From: an uncultured virus (IMG/VR IMGVR_UViG_3300044632_001415)
Lineage: Duplodnaviria > Heunggongvirae > Uroviricota > Caudoviricetes
IMG/VR virus record: IMGVR_UViG_3300044632_001415
DNA: 64,000 bases
Direction: 5' to 3' (one strand)
The notes under the pieces: generated by a model
Told to the model about the DNA's origin: nothing
Database searches by the model: none
Seen by the model: only the letters and a program-made list of their open reading frames with translations
Position numbers and translations under genes: made by a program
Shown here: positions 1 through 9,727 of the stretch, in pieces
Numbering within the stretch: position 1 is the stretch's first letter
How the letters are laid out: every line of letters begins with the position of its first letter

Positions 1-22
1 CTATCAAAAAGAGTGAGCTAAT

Positions 23-244
23 ATGTCTGAAAATAAATCAAATTTTATATCTGATAATTCTGATACTAGCTCAACAGATCCTATTATGGATCTTAAAATT
101 GGTATATATAATCTTTTTGTTAATCTTGTAAACAATTCAATAGTATATCATGGCCCAGAACAAGCTATAAAAATGTCTATTGATTATTTGCAAGAAATAA
201 TATATAATTTTGAGCAAGCAATTAAACCTAATGAGGAGCAATAA
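23..244 (+). CDS. hypothetical protein
   Basis: ORF with GGAG-like upstream sequence; stop overlaps start of SSB gene. Confidence 0.6.
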   Translation: MSENKSNFISDNSDTSSTDPIMDLKIGIYNLFVNLVNNSIVYHGPEQAIKMSIDYLQEIIYNFEQAIKPNEEQ

Positions 245-681
245 TGTTAGATCCACAAAACTTAGTTAATATTATGGGCGGACTTGTTTCCGATCCAGAA
301 TTTGTTAATGATGGAAGAATTCTTAAGCTTTCAATAGGAGTTGATTATTCAGCTTCTGATAAAAATAGCGACAATACTTCTGGTTACTTTGATGTAGTTT
401 ACTACCTTAAGGACAAAGATGGTTTTGCAAGTAAAAATGCCTCCTTTGTTCACAGTCAAGTTGACCAGTCAAAAATGAAAAAGGGTACAACTGTTCACAT
501 TGTTGGAAGACTTGTCCAAGAGCGTTGGAAGCAAGACGATAAGAATCGTTCTAGAGTAATTGTAGTTGCCGAGCACATGTCCTATGGCACGCGCTCTTCA
601 TCTGGAGCGTCTAAAGCTTCTGACTCGTCGGATTCTTCTTCCTCGCAGTCACAGCCCGTAAGCGTTCCTAGTACTTTCTGA
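244..681 (+). CDS. ssb: single-stranded DNA-binding protein
   Basis: OB-fold pattern (N..GGLVSDPE; KKGTTVHIVGRLVQERW..D..NRS.VIVVAE) with Ser-rich tail ending in F. Confidence 0.85.
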   Translation: MLDPQNLVNIMGGLVSDPEFVNDGRILKLSIGVDYSASDKNSDNTSGYFDVVYYLKDKDGFASKNASFVHSQVDQSKMKKGTTVHIVGRLVQERWKQDDKNRSRVIVVAEHMSYGTRSSSGASKASDSSDSSSSQSQPVSVPSTF

Positions 682-1430
682 TGGAAGAGTTTAGCGAGCA
701 AGAGCTTAAAGATCTCATAGATCACGCTCTTGCCGCTAAAAATTCCGATAAATCTGTTTCTCCTAAAATATATTTAGGCCTAGGAGAGACAGATTTACTA
801 GAATCTATTCATCAAAGATTATCTAAACGTGTTATAGAATCTGAACTTAACACGATATTTAGAGATCTTAGATCAGATATTCTTTCCAGAAAAGTTTCTA
901 CTACCAGAAAAGATTTACATACTGTCACACTTAATTGTAAAAAATGTGAAATAGATTCTAGTGCAGAACTGCCTAAATGGAATGTTGACAATCCTGACGT
1001 AGTCGTTGTAATTGATTCGCCATCCTTGCCCCCAGATGCGATTAATTTAATGGTAAATACATTTAAAAAGATAGGATTTTCTTCTGATCAACTATGTCTC
1101 ACCTATGTTAATAGGTGTCCTGTGAGACGAAAATATGAATCTTCTGAAGTTATAAATTGTTCTCATTATTTACATTTAGAGCTTCAGATATTAAATCCTA
1201 AATTAATATTTTGTTTAGGAGCAACTCCATTATCTGTTTTATTTGGTACAGATATTAAAATAAAAGATGTTAGAGGTAAACTACTTTGGTTAGGCTATTG
1301 GCCTATAATAGCTACATATTCTCCAATGTATACTCTAAAATCTGAACTTTCAGATGTATTCGAAAGTGATGTCATACAAGCATATAACTTTGTAATAAAC
1401 AATGATAAGGAAAAAAACAATGTCTTCTGA
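681..1430 (+). CDS. uracil-DNA glycosylase, family 4-like
   Basis: CxxC, TYVNRCP, 'NCSHYLHLELQILNPKLIFCLG', 'ATYSP'; catalytic GE.PG and HP motifs diverged to DSPS and YSP. Confidence 0.75.
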   Translation: MEEFSEQELKDLIDHALAAKNSDKSVSPKIYLGLGETDLLESIHQRLSKRVIESELNTIFRDLRSDILSRKVSTTRKDLHTVTLNCKKCEIDSSAELPKWNVDNPDVVVVIDSPSLPPDAINLMVNTFKKIGFSSDQLCLTYVNRCPVRRKYESSEVINCSHYLHLELQILNPKLIFCLGATPLSVLFGTDIKIKDVRGKLLWLGYWPIIATYSPMYTLKSELSDVFESDVIQAYNFVINNDKEKNNVF

Positions 1431-1800
1431 TATTTGGACAACATCATCAATATATGAGCTGACAGAAGAAGATTTAAGTAATTTTAGGGATATTGTTTTG
1501 AGAGATGTCAAGAATCAATCTCCTTCTGAAGAAGATAAATCTATTTTGTCAAATAATATTGATTTATGGCTTTACACACTAAGAACTATTCGTAGAGAAA
1601 TAGAACTTCAACTTACTAACCATAAGTCAAATCTAAAAATTAAACTTAAAGATCTTAAAGATAATAATACTCATCAAAATGATATTGATGAAGTCTTGCA
1701 TTCAGAAGAAAGATGGCGTAATAACGCAATGAAGTTTCTTACTGCTGTTGAGCGTAAGACTCTTTATGTAAAACTTTTGATTTCTGAAGATGATAAATGA
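1420..1800 (+). CDS. hypothetical coiled-coil protein
   Basis: ORF in coupled operon; AGGA upstream of ATG 1420. Confidence 0.6.
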   Translation: MSSDIWTTSSIYELTEEDLSNFRDIVLRDVKNQSPSEEDKSILSNNIDLWLYTLRTIRREIELQLTNHKSNLKIKLKDLKDNNTHQNDIDEVLHSEERWRNNAMKFLTAVERKTLYVKLLISEDDK

Positions 1801-2257
1801 CAATCAAGTTCGAGTTGTCCATACTCTAGAGAATCTACATCTTGTAGAATCTAGACTGGATGAGGAGAACTCTTACTACTTTTTGCAAGACGCTCTTTTG
1901 CATTCTTCTCATTTCCATATGTACGAATATCCTACTTTGGATTATTCTAATATTGAAACTTTATGCATAAACTTTTCTTGTTTTTCTTCCAAAATTAAAG
2001 ATAAAAAATCTAACCGAATGCTTTCCTCCCTTGTTCCATTAGTTACATTTAGATACCTAATGCTTGAGGATGGATCATGGTCTAACTATAATGCTATGTC
2101 TAGGAAGCCTGGATATGTTGTTGAAGGCATGTACTGGTCTAATGGTTTAATCTATAGGGTTAGGGAAGATGTAAAAAATATTTCTCAGCCTTTTCAGACT
2201 CATCAAATAGTTTTGTTAATTGATGAATCTACTAAAGTGTTACATAACTTTCCCTGA
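1790..2257 (+). CDS. hypothetical protein
   Basis: 155-aa ORF overlapping the upstream gene. Confidence 0.55.
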   Translation: MINDNQVRVVHTLENLHLVESRLDEENSYYFLQDALLHSSHFHMYEYPTLDYSNIETLCINFSCFSSKIKDKKSNRMLSSLVPLVTFRYLMLEDGSWSNYNAMSRKPGYVVEGMYWSNGLIYRVREDVKNISQPFQTHQIVLLIDESTKVLHNFP

Positions 2258-2264
2258 GGTAACT

Positions 2265-2540
2265 ATGAATTTTCTTACGTACGCTCCTCCCAGTAGTTCT
2301 TTCATTAAGCATCTTATTTATGACGAAGAGGATCAAAGACTTGCTGTTCTTTTTAACAGTTTATCTTTATGGGTATATCATCAAGTTCCTCTAGAAATTT
2401 ATCAATCTTTAATTACAGCAGAATCTACTGGAAATTTCTTTAATTTGAATATAAGAAATTTTTATGATTCAAAGAAAATAGACAATGTAACTAATTTTTA
2501 TCTTGTGCAAGAAGGTTACATTGTCAAACAAGAAAAATAA
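2265..2540 (+). CDS. KTSC domain protein
   Basis: SSFIKHLIYDEEDQRLAVLF...YHQVPLEIYQSLITAESTGNFFNLNIR matches the KTSC consensus; GAGG before ATG 2265. Confidence 0.85.
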   Translation: MNFLTYAPPSSSFIKHLIYDEEDQRLAVLFNSLSLWVYHQVPLEIYQSLITAESTGNFFNLNIRNFYDSKKIDNVTNFYLVQEGYIVKQEK

Positions 2541-2720
2541 AAAACAGTATAATAAAATTAAAAATTATACACCAATTTCTTTAGAAACAGTTAGTCCTGA
2601 AGAAGTTCATAAACTAGCTTTTCAAATATTTGGATCATCCTATTATATAGACTATAAAGCTTTAGCAACATTGCAGTCTCCTATGGTATAATATATTATC
2701 ACCTACAGTAGGAGGCTAAG

Positions 2721-3050
2721 ATGTCATCTGAAAAAATTAAAATAAGTAAAACAGTCTTAGAGATACCTAAATCTTCTAATAAAACTGTTAAGCAGAAACC
2801 TTTAGTTAAAAACGCACCTGTATACCATATCTTATGGAGAGATGCTTTTTCTGAGGCTGATGAATGGCATGATCATTCATCTATAGATACCGAAGATTAC
2901 CTATGCCATACCATTGGGTATTTAATAGAAAGTAATAGTAAATCAAATTATTATACTATTGCCTCGACTATTACTATAGATGATTATTTTTGTATGGTGA
3001 TTAATATACCAAAGTCTATGGTTATATCCAAAAAACGTATTGATATATAA
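2721..3050 (+). CDS. hypothetical phage protein
   Basis: AGGAGG RBS; 'ILWRDA...W...CHTIGYL...IPKSMV' pattern. Confidence 0.65.
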   Translation: MSSEKIKISKTVLEIPKSSNKTVKQKPLVKNAPVYHILWRDAFSEADEWHDHSSIDTEDYLCHTIGYLIESNSKSNYYTIASTITIDDYFCMVINIPKSMVISKKRIDI

Positions 3051-3070
3051 TCTAACTAGATTGGATTAAT

Positions 3071-3478
3071 ATGCAGGAATCTTTAGTTTGTTCTCTTTGT
3101 GAAAAAACTTGGAAAAGAAACAAAACACGTGGTCGTAAACCAACTGTTTGCCCTAAGTGTTTAAAGTCTTCTATTCAAATTTCTGAACCTAAACAAAAAC
3201 AACCAAATCAAAAATCAGAAGCAAAAATTTCTAAACCTATTAAATCTATCGTAGATGACAAAAAAACATCTGACGTTACTTACAAGCAGATTTATCAATC
3301 TTTATATCCCAAAGATCCTTCTTTTGAAGAACTTAGAGAATCTACGAAAAATGGCTCCATTTGGAAATGCCAGGCTTGCGCAAACATTATACGTTTAGAT
3401 GTAGCTGTAACTGCTATTCCAACCCATAAGTGTAATCCAAATTCTAATAAAATTAATTTATATGAAAGAATAGGCTAA
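3071..3478 (+). CDS. Zn-finger protein
   Basis: CxxC...GRKP..CxxC plus a second CxxC...HxC. Confidence 0.6.
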   Translation: MQESLVCSLCEKTWKRNKTRGRKPTVCPKCLKSSIQISEPKQKQPNQKSEAKISKPIKSIVDDKKTSDVTYKQIYQSLYPKDPSFEELRESTKNGSIWKCQACANIIRLDVAVTAIPTHKCNPNSNKINLYERIG

Positions 3479-3479
3479 T

Positions 3480-3773
3480 ATGAAAAATTTAAATAAACGT
3501 TCTGTTCCATTTCGTATGGTTAAAAACTCAATGACTCATAATATTTTAATGATAACTAAGTTTTATGATAATTTAGTTACTTTTGCAGATCTTGATACAA
3601 TTCACCCTAAAAAATATAAAGATCGCAATAAAGTTAGAAGATCTCTTTTAAGTCTTCAACTTCATAACTTTATTTTACTTAACGATAATGAAAGTTGGAT
3701 TATCACTCCTAATGGTAAAAACTTTCTTTATGAGTTCGCAGAAAGACAAAAATTAAAAACACGAATAGATTGA
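3480..3773 (+). CDS. winged-helix-like protein
   Basis: C-terminal 'L...NFI......WIITPNGKNFL' wing pattern. Confidence 0.5.
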   Translation: MKNLNKRSVPFRMVKNSMTHNILMITKFYDNLVTFADLDTIHPKKYKDRNKVRRSLLSLQLHNFILLNDNESWIITPNGKNFLYEFAERQKLKTRID

Positions 3774-3939
3774 GGATAAGTGCATAAAAAATACGCAAAC
3801 AAAGTATTATTGTTTTTAAAAAAACTAATTTCTTCTTTAAAGAATTTTCAAGAAATATTTAAATTATTTGAAACAATAGCTTCTCTTTTATTTGTGTATT
3901 TAACTCATAGGAAAATTCCTTCTATTATTTAGGATAATC

Positions 3940-4203
3940 TTGAAACTTATTGATGATTCTCGTTTACGGCAAATAATTTCTTCTAGTGTAACTCCAACAT
4001 TAGATGGTGCGCTCGATAGAATATTAAAAGATATTCTTAAAGAAATAAATATTTCTCCTGCAAACATTACACTTAAAGAAAAAGCTGATTTAATTCGCAC
4101 TTTAGAGCTATACGGAATATTTTCTTTTCGTGGAGCGGTTCAATCTATTTCTAGGTATTTTGATATATCTAGAGTCACTGTTTATAAGTATATAAAGAGG
4201 TAA
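3940..4203 (+). CDS. stand-alone YheO/DauR-type HTH protein (HTH_22-like)
   Basis: 'KEKADLIRTLELYGIFSFRGAVQSISRYFDISRVTVYKYI' matches the C-terminal HTH of PAS_6 regulators; TTG start with AGGA. Confidence 0.75.
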   Translation: MKLIDDSRLRQIISSSVTPTLDGALDRILKDILKEINISPANITLKEKADLIRTLELYGIFSFRGAVQSISRYFDISRVTVYKYIKR

Positions 4204-4207
4204 AGTT

Positions 4208-4798
4208 ATGGGAATGGATGTTTACGGTTTAAAACCTAAAACAGTTGTTGGCGAATACTTTCGCAATAACATTTGGTCTTGGCATCCCCTTTGGGATTAT
4301 TGTTGCTTCGTAGATAATACTTTAGTAGAAAAAGTACCTATGGCTCATTCTAATGATGGCGATGGTTTAAATGCCGTAGATTCTCGTCAATTGGGCTTTA
4401 AGCTTATTGAGACCATTGAAAGTGGCTTAGCTGCGAGTTATATACTTACTTACGATGAACATGTAAAGTCATTGCAAAAAGAACCTTGTTATTGCACCAA
4501 GCCTTCCAATATTGAAACCTTTGAAACAACTTTACAAATGTTTCTTACATCTATTGCTGAGGCTCAAAATTATCCTACTAATTTATTGCAAGAATCTTAT
4601 GATTCTACTGGTCCTATACCATTTCCCAAGCAAAAGGATAAGCCTCAGCAAAAAAATCATCCTCCTAAAAATGACTGTGCTTCCTGCCAAGGTACTGGTT
4701 TAGTTGACAACTTTATGAATAATTATCCTTTAAATATAGATAATATTGAACTTTTTGCAAAATTTTTAATTGACTGTGGTGGCTTTCGTATATGTTAA
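4208..4798 (+). CDS. hypothetical phage protein with Cys pairs
   Basis: MGMDVYG...YFRNNIWSWHPLW...CASCQGTG...FL.DCGGF. Confidence 0.7.
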   Translation: MGMDVYGLKPKTVVGEYFRNNIWSWHPLWDYCCFVDNTLVEKVPMAHSNDGDGLNAVDSRQLGFKLIETIESGLAASYILTYDEHVKSLQKEPCYCTKPSNIETFETTLQMFLTSIAEAQNYPTNLLQESYDSTGPIPFPKQKDKPQQKNHPPKNDCASCQGTGLVDNFMNNYPLNIDNIELFAKFLIDCGGFRIC

Positions 4799-5055
4799 AC
4801 AAACCAATATGCCCAAGATGTCTAGGTTATATTCCTAATAATATTACTCCCGGCAAATATATGGGCGCTATTTCTCGTATAGTTAATGAAGAAATTTGTT
4901 CAGATTGTGGAACAGAAGAAGCTGTAGTTGCTCTTATACCTAGAGATCAATGGCCTATTAATCGTTATGACCACAAATATACATCAGATGCCCGTTTTCG
5001 CTGGCTTGAAAGAATTTATTTAGAGGAAGAAAATGAAAAAAAAATCTCTCAATGA
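4792..5055 (+). CDS. small Zn-binding protein
   Basis: CPRC...AISR...ICSDCGTEEA. Confidence 0.65.
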   Translation: MLNKPICPRCLGYIPNNITPGKYMGAISRIVNEEICSDCGTEEAVVALIPRDQWPINRYDHKYTSDARFRWLERIYLEEENEKKISQ

Positions 5056-5142
5056 TATGCCACTCATAGTATATATATCATTTATTTTTTTCGCTATAGC
5101 TACTCTGGGTAGAAGCATTTACCGTAAGGTAAAAGATTACTG

Positions 5143-5454
5143 ATGGATCATCTTGCTATGAAACAAGCTATGATAAATGCTCTAACTCATAAAGTTTCCA
5201 CTTTGGAAGAAACCAATAAAAATTATTTTATACAAATAGAAGATTCTAACATTATTATGAATGCTCTCGCAGATGCATTGCAGATATGGATAAATTCTTT
5301 CGATAACAATGTCACTCCTATGCCAGGAGACATAGCTTACTGTCGTCAAGTTTTACAGATTTACACTAGATATTCTAATGATTTGTCTACTGTAGAAAAA
5401 GTTGCTGATCTTCATAATCAGATTATTAAATTAGTTAGCGAATATAATGACTGA
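5143..5454 (+). CDS. hypothetical protein
   Basis: ORF in a run of small + strand genes. Confidence 0.55.
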   Translation: MDHLAMKQAMINALTHKVSTLEETNKNYFIQIEDSNIIMNALADALQIWINSFDNNVTPMPGDIAYCRQVLQIYTRYSNDLSTVEKVADLHNQIIKLVSEYND

Positions 5455-5459
5455 TAATT

Positions 5460-5762
5460 ATGAATCATTATAAAGGAGAACTTTTGTTTCGCGAACCATT
5501 TGAAGAACCTGAACAAGAAAAATCTTCTAATCCCGCAGATGATATTATTTATGCTCTTCTTGACGAGCGAGATGCTCTTATCAAAGAACGCGATTCTTAT
5601 CTCGACGAATGCAGATTAGTAATTGAAGAACGTGATTTATTTCATAGAGTAGCTCATGATCTATACATGGCTATAGCTCATATAAAGATGCCTCGTCAAT
5701 ATCGTGATCAAATAACTCCAGCAATGAATTCTTATGTAGAAGTTTTTTATGGAAAACCCTGA
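5460..5762 (+). CDS. hypothetical coiled-coil protein
   Basis: repeated ERD heptads. Confidence 0.55.
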   Translation: MNHYKGELLFREPFEEPEQEKSSNPADDIIYALLDERDALIKERDSYLDECRLVIEERDLFHRVAHDLYMAIAHIKMPRQYRDQITPAMNSYVEVFYGKP

Positions 5763-6028
5763 ATTTCTACAACTTGAATGTAGACGTTTTATCAAATGTA
5801 AAACACTCATTCAAATATCTGCTGTTGAATACGACAGACGTAAAGAAAAATTTGGCCAAGATTATAAACCATGGTGCGGTCCCTGCACCTATGAAGAAGA
5901 TAAAAAATATCGCACATATCATTCAGACTAGGAGTTGCTATGAGTTTTTTCACAGGATTCTTTTTTGCTACGACCTTAATACTTTCTAATGTTCTTGTCA
6001 TTAAACATTTTTTAGGCAAGGATAAATA

Positions 6029-6247
6029 ATGGATGAATCTCACGCTATCATTCAAGATCTTCATGTTTCAGTTTCCCGGGCTCAAGAAGATGTAAAATAT
6101 TGGGAAAGAGAAGCTAATCGCTGGAGATTTGTTGCTGAACAATATTTCAGAATGTGGTACAACGATATTAGCGGAACCATGGTTGCCGATGAACAGGTAG
6201 ATCATGAAATGTCTATGTTCTATAAAGAAAACTTTGAGGATAACTAA
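6029..6247 (+). CDS. hypothetical protein
   Basis: AAGGA RBS; coupled to next gene. Confidence 0.55.
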   Translation: MDESHAIIQDLHVSVSRAQEDVKYWEREANRWRFVAEQYFRMWYNDISGTMVADEQVDHEMSMFYKENFEDN

Positions 6248-6444
6248 TGGCTTACAATAACTATTCTTCAAGATATGAAAAACCAAAGCCAATACCTCCT
6301 GATTTTTTAATTAAAAAATGGCAGACCATTGGTGTTCTTGGTTCTCGGTTAGCTATGGCTGTTGCCTCTAATGCTCCGCAAGAAGAAATAGTCAAGTTAG
6401 CTAATCAATATAATACTCTATACACAGAGGTTATTAATTCCTAA
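6247..6444 (+). CDS. hypothetical protein
   Basis: TAATG overlap, GAGGA RBS. Confidence 0.55.
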   Translation: MAYNNYSSRYEKPKPIPPDFLIKKWQTIGVLGSRLAMAVASNAPQEEIVKLANQYNTLYTEVINS

Positions 6445-6456
6445 TAAGGAGATTTC

Positions 6457-6636
6457 ATGAAAACATGGAGAGATATTGGCAGAGAAAATGCCAAAGCTGC
6501 AAATGAAGAGTTGCGTCATCGCTCTCAAGAAATGGCTTCTCAAAATCAATCTGACTTACTTTCAGATGTAGTTGAGGAGCTTAAAGAAATCAAAGGGCTT
6601 TTAAAACAATTAATTACACATCTTAAAAAAATTTAA
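6457..6636 (+). CDS. hypothetical protein (59 aa, not in ORF track)
   Basis: AAGGAG RBS then MKTWRDIGRENAKAAN...LKKI*. Confidence 0.6.
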   Translation: MKTWRDIGRENAKAANEELRHRSQEMASQNQSDLLSDVVEELKEIKGLLKQLITHLKKI

Positions 6637-6692
6637 TTATATTATTGTACAACAAAAAATAAAAACAATACTTTTCATAAGGAGAAATTACC

Positions 6693-7034
6693 ATGGCCAT
6701 TCAACCCAGCGTTGAAACGCAGTTGGAAACCAATCCCCGCAAGTTCGCACTTGCCGAGCCCACAAAGCTCCTCACCAAAATCAAGGGTGAGCCTCCCATG
6801 AATACTGGTAAGGGTCGCCGTCGCAACCCAGTTATTACCACTATTTATAATGAGCTAATCACCAATCGTAACGAATGGTTCCATGTGAACATTCCCGTTA
6901 CATCAAAGGAGCAACTCGCTTCGCTTCGCGTATCTTTGTATACGCGCGCCAAAAAAGACAACTTGACTCTTTCATCATCTTCTCTCTACAATGAGACAAC
7001 CAAGATGTTTGATCTTTGGGTCATGCTTGGCTGA
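6693..7034 (+). CDS. hypothetical basic protein, possibly highly expressed
   Basis: AAGGAG RBS; C-ending codons more frequent than in neighbours. Confidence 0.65.
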   Translation: MAIQPSVETQLETNPRKFALAEPTKLLTKIKGEPPMNTGKGRRRNPVITTIYNELITNRNEWFHVNIPVTSKEQLASLRVSLYTRAKKDNLTLSSSSLYNETTKMFDLWVMLG

Positions 7035-7088
7035 TTATGTATTTGCCGTTACTATCTTTCTTGAATCTCTAATTTAGGGAAGATATTT

Positions 7089-7295
7089 ATGGCTAAATAT
7101 ATTGTTCGAATTACAAGGACACTCGTTGTAGAAGCGGACTCCGAGGGGGAGGCTACAACGATGTCCTTGTATGCGACAGCTTATCCAGACCACATTACCG
7201 GTATAGAATATATTAACCATGATGCGAAAGTTATTCCCAAAGAAAATGAAGCGTTCAAAGAATTACAAGATTGGCCAGAGAATTCGGGCAATTAA
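7089..7295 (+). CDS. hypothetical protein
   Basis: ORF with RBS-like GGGAAG. Confidence 0.5.
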   Translation: MAKYIVRITRTLVVEADSEGEATTMSLYATAYPDHITGIEYINHDAKVIPKENEAFKELQDWPENSGN

Positions 7296-7485
7296 AATTG
7301 AGGATCCTTACACCGACATACAATTAGGTGCTACTGGAACCATTGCTTTTATAGACGATTTTGACACACTTCATGTTGACTGGGACAATGGTCACCGTCT
7401 GGGAATTATACCTGGTATTGACAAATTTGAGATGATTGATGACGAAGAAACAATAGCTCATCAAACTCATACTCTATATTTGTGA
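7219..7485 (+). CDS. DUF4314-like protein
   Basis: GQRI..I.IEDPY...GATGTI.FIDD..TLHVDWDNG..LG.IPG.DKF; true start may be downstream (~7246). Confidence 0.75.
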   Translation: MMRKLFPKKMKRSKNYKIGQRIRAIKIEDPYTDIQLGATGTIAFIDDFDTLHVDWDNGHRLGIIPGIDKFEMIDDEETIAHQTHTLYL

Positions 7486-7498
7486 TATAATATAACTC

Positions 7499-7615
7499 AT
7501 GCATTCAGAATTTTTTAGAGGACTATTTACAGGTATGGAAATAATGCTAGCCAGCTGGCTTGTCATTAAATTTATATCTAAATTTTTCCCTAATGACCCA
7601 GAGGATAAATTATGA
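7499..7615 (+). CDS. small membrane peptide (38 aa), probably leaderless
   Basis: TGATATAAT with TATAAT 7 nt upstream of ATG; hydrophobic core. Confidence 0.45.
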   Translation: MHSEFFRGLFTGMEIMLASWLVIKFISKFFPNDPEDKL

Positions 7616-7749
7616 CTGATTTTATTTTTGGTATATTTCTGGCAGCAGTGCTAATTTTTATTCCATGGTTATTTTTTGGTAAAGATTAATTTTTTTATTG
7701 TACATACAAAAAAGCTTTTTTTTTCTATAGTGCCGTAGGCTACGCGTTT

Positions 7750-8793
7750 TTATAATCCTTTTACAAATCTCATAACCGATGCTGCAACATCTCCAGACTT
7801 AATAATTTTATTAAATGTTTTTGGAGTAAGTTTAGCGGAAGTTGTTGTAACGGCGTCTATTCCCTCTAAGGCTTTGATGGACTCTGATTTTGCTGCAGAA
7901 ACTTTAGCTAATGTTCTTTCAGATAGTTTTTTATCTAAAATATTTGGCCCAGTCCATGATTTAACAGATATTCTTTCCCTTAAAACTTCTTCAAAGTTTT
8001 TAGCTCCTGCATCATATAGCGACTGAAACTCACCGGCATCGGTAACACCCGGAATAAATAGCTCTGCAGCAATTCTGGGATGTTCCATTCCTTCTCTCTG
8101 ATCACCAATAAAAGCTAGAGCTTTTGATATTGGTACTTGAAAATTTGATGTTAGTTCTCCTGAACTGTCAGTGACGCCTTTCATGTACTCAAGTAAAAAA
8201 TTAATACCTTTTTCGCTTTTTCCAGAAGCTTCAAAAGAATCTAATATCTTTGATCCCGTGTAGCCAATTGTGTCAAAGTTTGGATCTATAAATATTCTAG
8301 ATAAAATAGTTGGTGTTGTTTTAACCCTATAAACATCCAATCCCGTTTTTCTATCAATAAGTAAGTCATCAATCATACTTGGAAACATAGTTGGAGTAGG
8401 AGAAAACCATGCTATAGGCCTTCCGCTTAGGGGGCCTGTAAGCTTATAGTCGTTAGGGCTGGTTAATTTAATCCCTTTCTGCTCGATATCTTTTCTAGCT
8501 GACTTAGGCGCAAAGTGATACATGAAACCTGTTTGAGCTAAATATTTACGATTAAAACTTTCTACTAACTTTGCATTTAGAGCCCCTTCCCCTCGTTCTA
8601 TTAAGCTTGAATCACGACTCCTTGCGAGGAACTCTAACTTTGCATATTCTTCTTTAGAAAAATTTGTACTCATAAACTCTTCGATAGTTCTTGTTACCGG
8701 TGTATATTCTTTTCTAGGAAGCATTGTGTCTGAAGACATCTGTTTTTCTATGGCAAGTTTCATAGATTCGTCAAATTGTTCGTTAGGTGTCAT
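7750..8793 (-). CDS. putative ADP-ribosyltransferase-fold protein
   Basis: 'MYHFAP..ARKDIEQKGI', 'IAWFSPTP', 'VYRVK' resemble ART/Tpt1-like strands; GGAG RBS. Confidence 0.45.
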   Translation of the reverse strand: MTPNEQFDESMKLAIEKQMSSDTMLPRKEYTPVTRTIEEFMSTNFSKEEYAKLEFLARSRDSSLIERGEGALNAKLVESFNRKYLAQTGFMYHFAPKSARKDIEQKGIKLTSPNDYKLTGPLSGRPIAWFSPTPTMFPSMIDDLLIDRKTGLDVYRVKTTPTILSRIFIDPNFDTIGYTGSKILDSFEASGKSEKGINFLLEYMKGVTDSSGELTSNFQVPISKALAFIGDQREGMEHPRIAAELFIPGVTDAGEFQSLYDAGAKNFEEVLRERISVKSWTGPNILDKKLSERTLAKVSAAKSESIKALEGIDAVTTTSAKLTPKTFNKIIKSGDVAASVMRFVKGL

Positions 8794-8851
8794 TTATTTG
8801 CTCCAAAACATGATATACTATTCATAATAGTACTATCAAATTGGAGCATTT

Positions 8852-9250
8852 ATGGGACTTTATGACACTATCATCAGCCAATATCCTATTCCGGAAGTAA
8901 TTATTGAGGGTAAAATAGTATCTTTTGAATCTTTAGAATTTCAAACAAAAGATCTTAATAATATGCTGGATAGCTATTTGATTAATATTGATGGTGAACT
9001 TGTATACTTAGAAAATAATTGGACAAAAAAAGAACCAATTTCCAAAGAATATAAAAATACCAATTTTCATGGAATATTAAATTTTTATAAAAGTTATGTT
9101 ACAGAGTCAGATAATCTTTATATGATAGATTTTTTTGCTAAATTTACTGATGGATTTATAGTTAATATAACCCCTAATGTACAATCTATGCCTAAAAGAG
9201 TAATCGTAGAAGATGTAGATACTTTAATAGAAAAGCTTTTAGATAATTAA
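8852..9250 (+). CDS. hypothetical phage protein
   Basis: MGLYD...FQTKDL...Y.I..DG.L...F.G.LNFY...F.AKFTDG; GGAG RBS. Confidence 0.7.
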   Translation: MGLYDTIISQYPIPEVIIEGKIVSFESLEFQTKDLNNMLDSYLINIDGELVYLENNWTKKEPISKEYKNTNFHGILNFYKSYVTESDNLYMIDFFAKFTDGFIVNITPNVQSMPKRVIVEDVDTLIEKLLDN

Positions 9251-9377
9251 TGTATCATATATGAACTGAATTTATTTTTTGCCGCCTCTATCAACTTAGT
9301 ATATATATTGTGTACGACTCTTTAAATGCAGATGATATAATACTTAATATCAAATATAAAATAAAGGATTTAAACAA

Positions 9378-9650
9378 ATGACTTTTAATGAATGGCTTCA
9401 AATAGGTATCAATAATAGATGGTGTGGTCCGGCGATTTGTGACACCCATGATGGAATGCCTCTTACTGAAGATGAGTCAGAGATGATGTGGGGCGGACAA
9501 GACCCCTGTATCCACATTATACGCCTCTATGAGAGCCCCGAACACGCTGAGGGTATAGAAGAGTCACATTCCCCATCTATGTGGAGAAAAATAGAATTAA
9601 GCCACTTAAGTTCTTTCCAAAAAGAATATGGCTATAAAGATAAAAATTAA
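9378..9650 (+). CDS. hypothetical phage protein
   Basis: W...G....WC....C.THDG.P...DPC; AAGGA RBS. Confidence 0.65.
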   Translation: MTFNEWLQIGINNRWCGPAICDTHDGMPLTEDESEMMWGGQDPCIHIIRLYESPEHAEGIEESHSPSMWRKIELSHLSSFQKEYGYKDKN

Positions 9651-9727
9651 AAAACCCTATATAGGGTGAATTTGAAAAAAAATTTTGAGGGCCAAATTCG
9701 TTTCGGCAAAAAGTTTTAAATCTGGAA

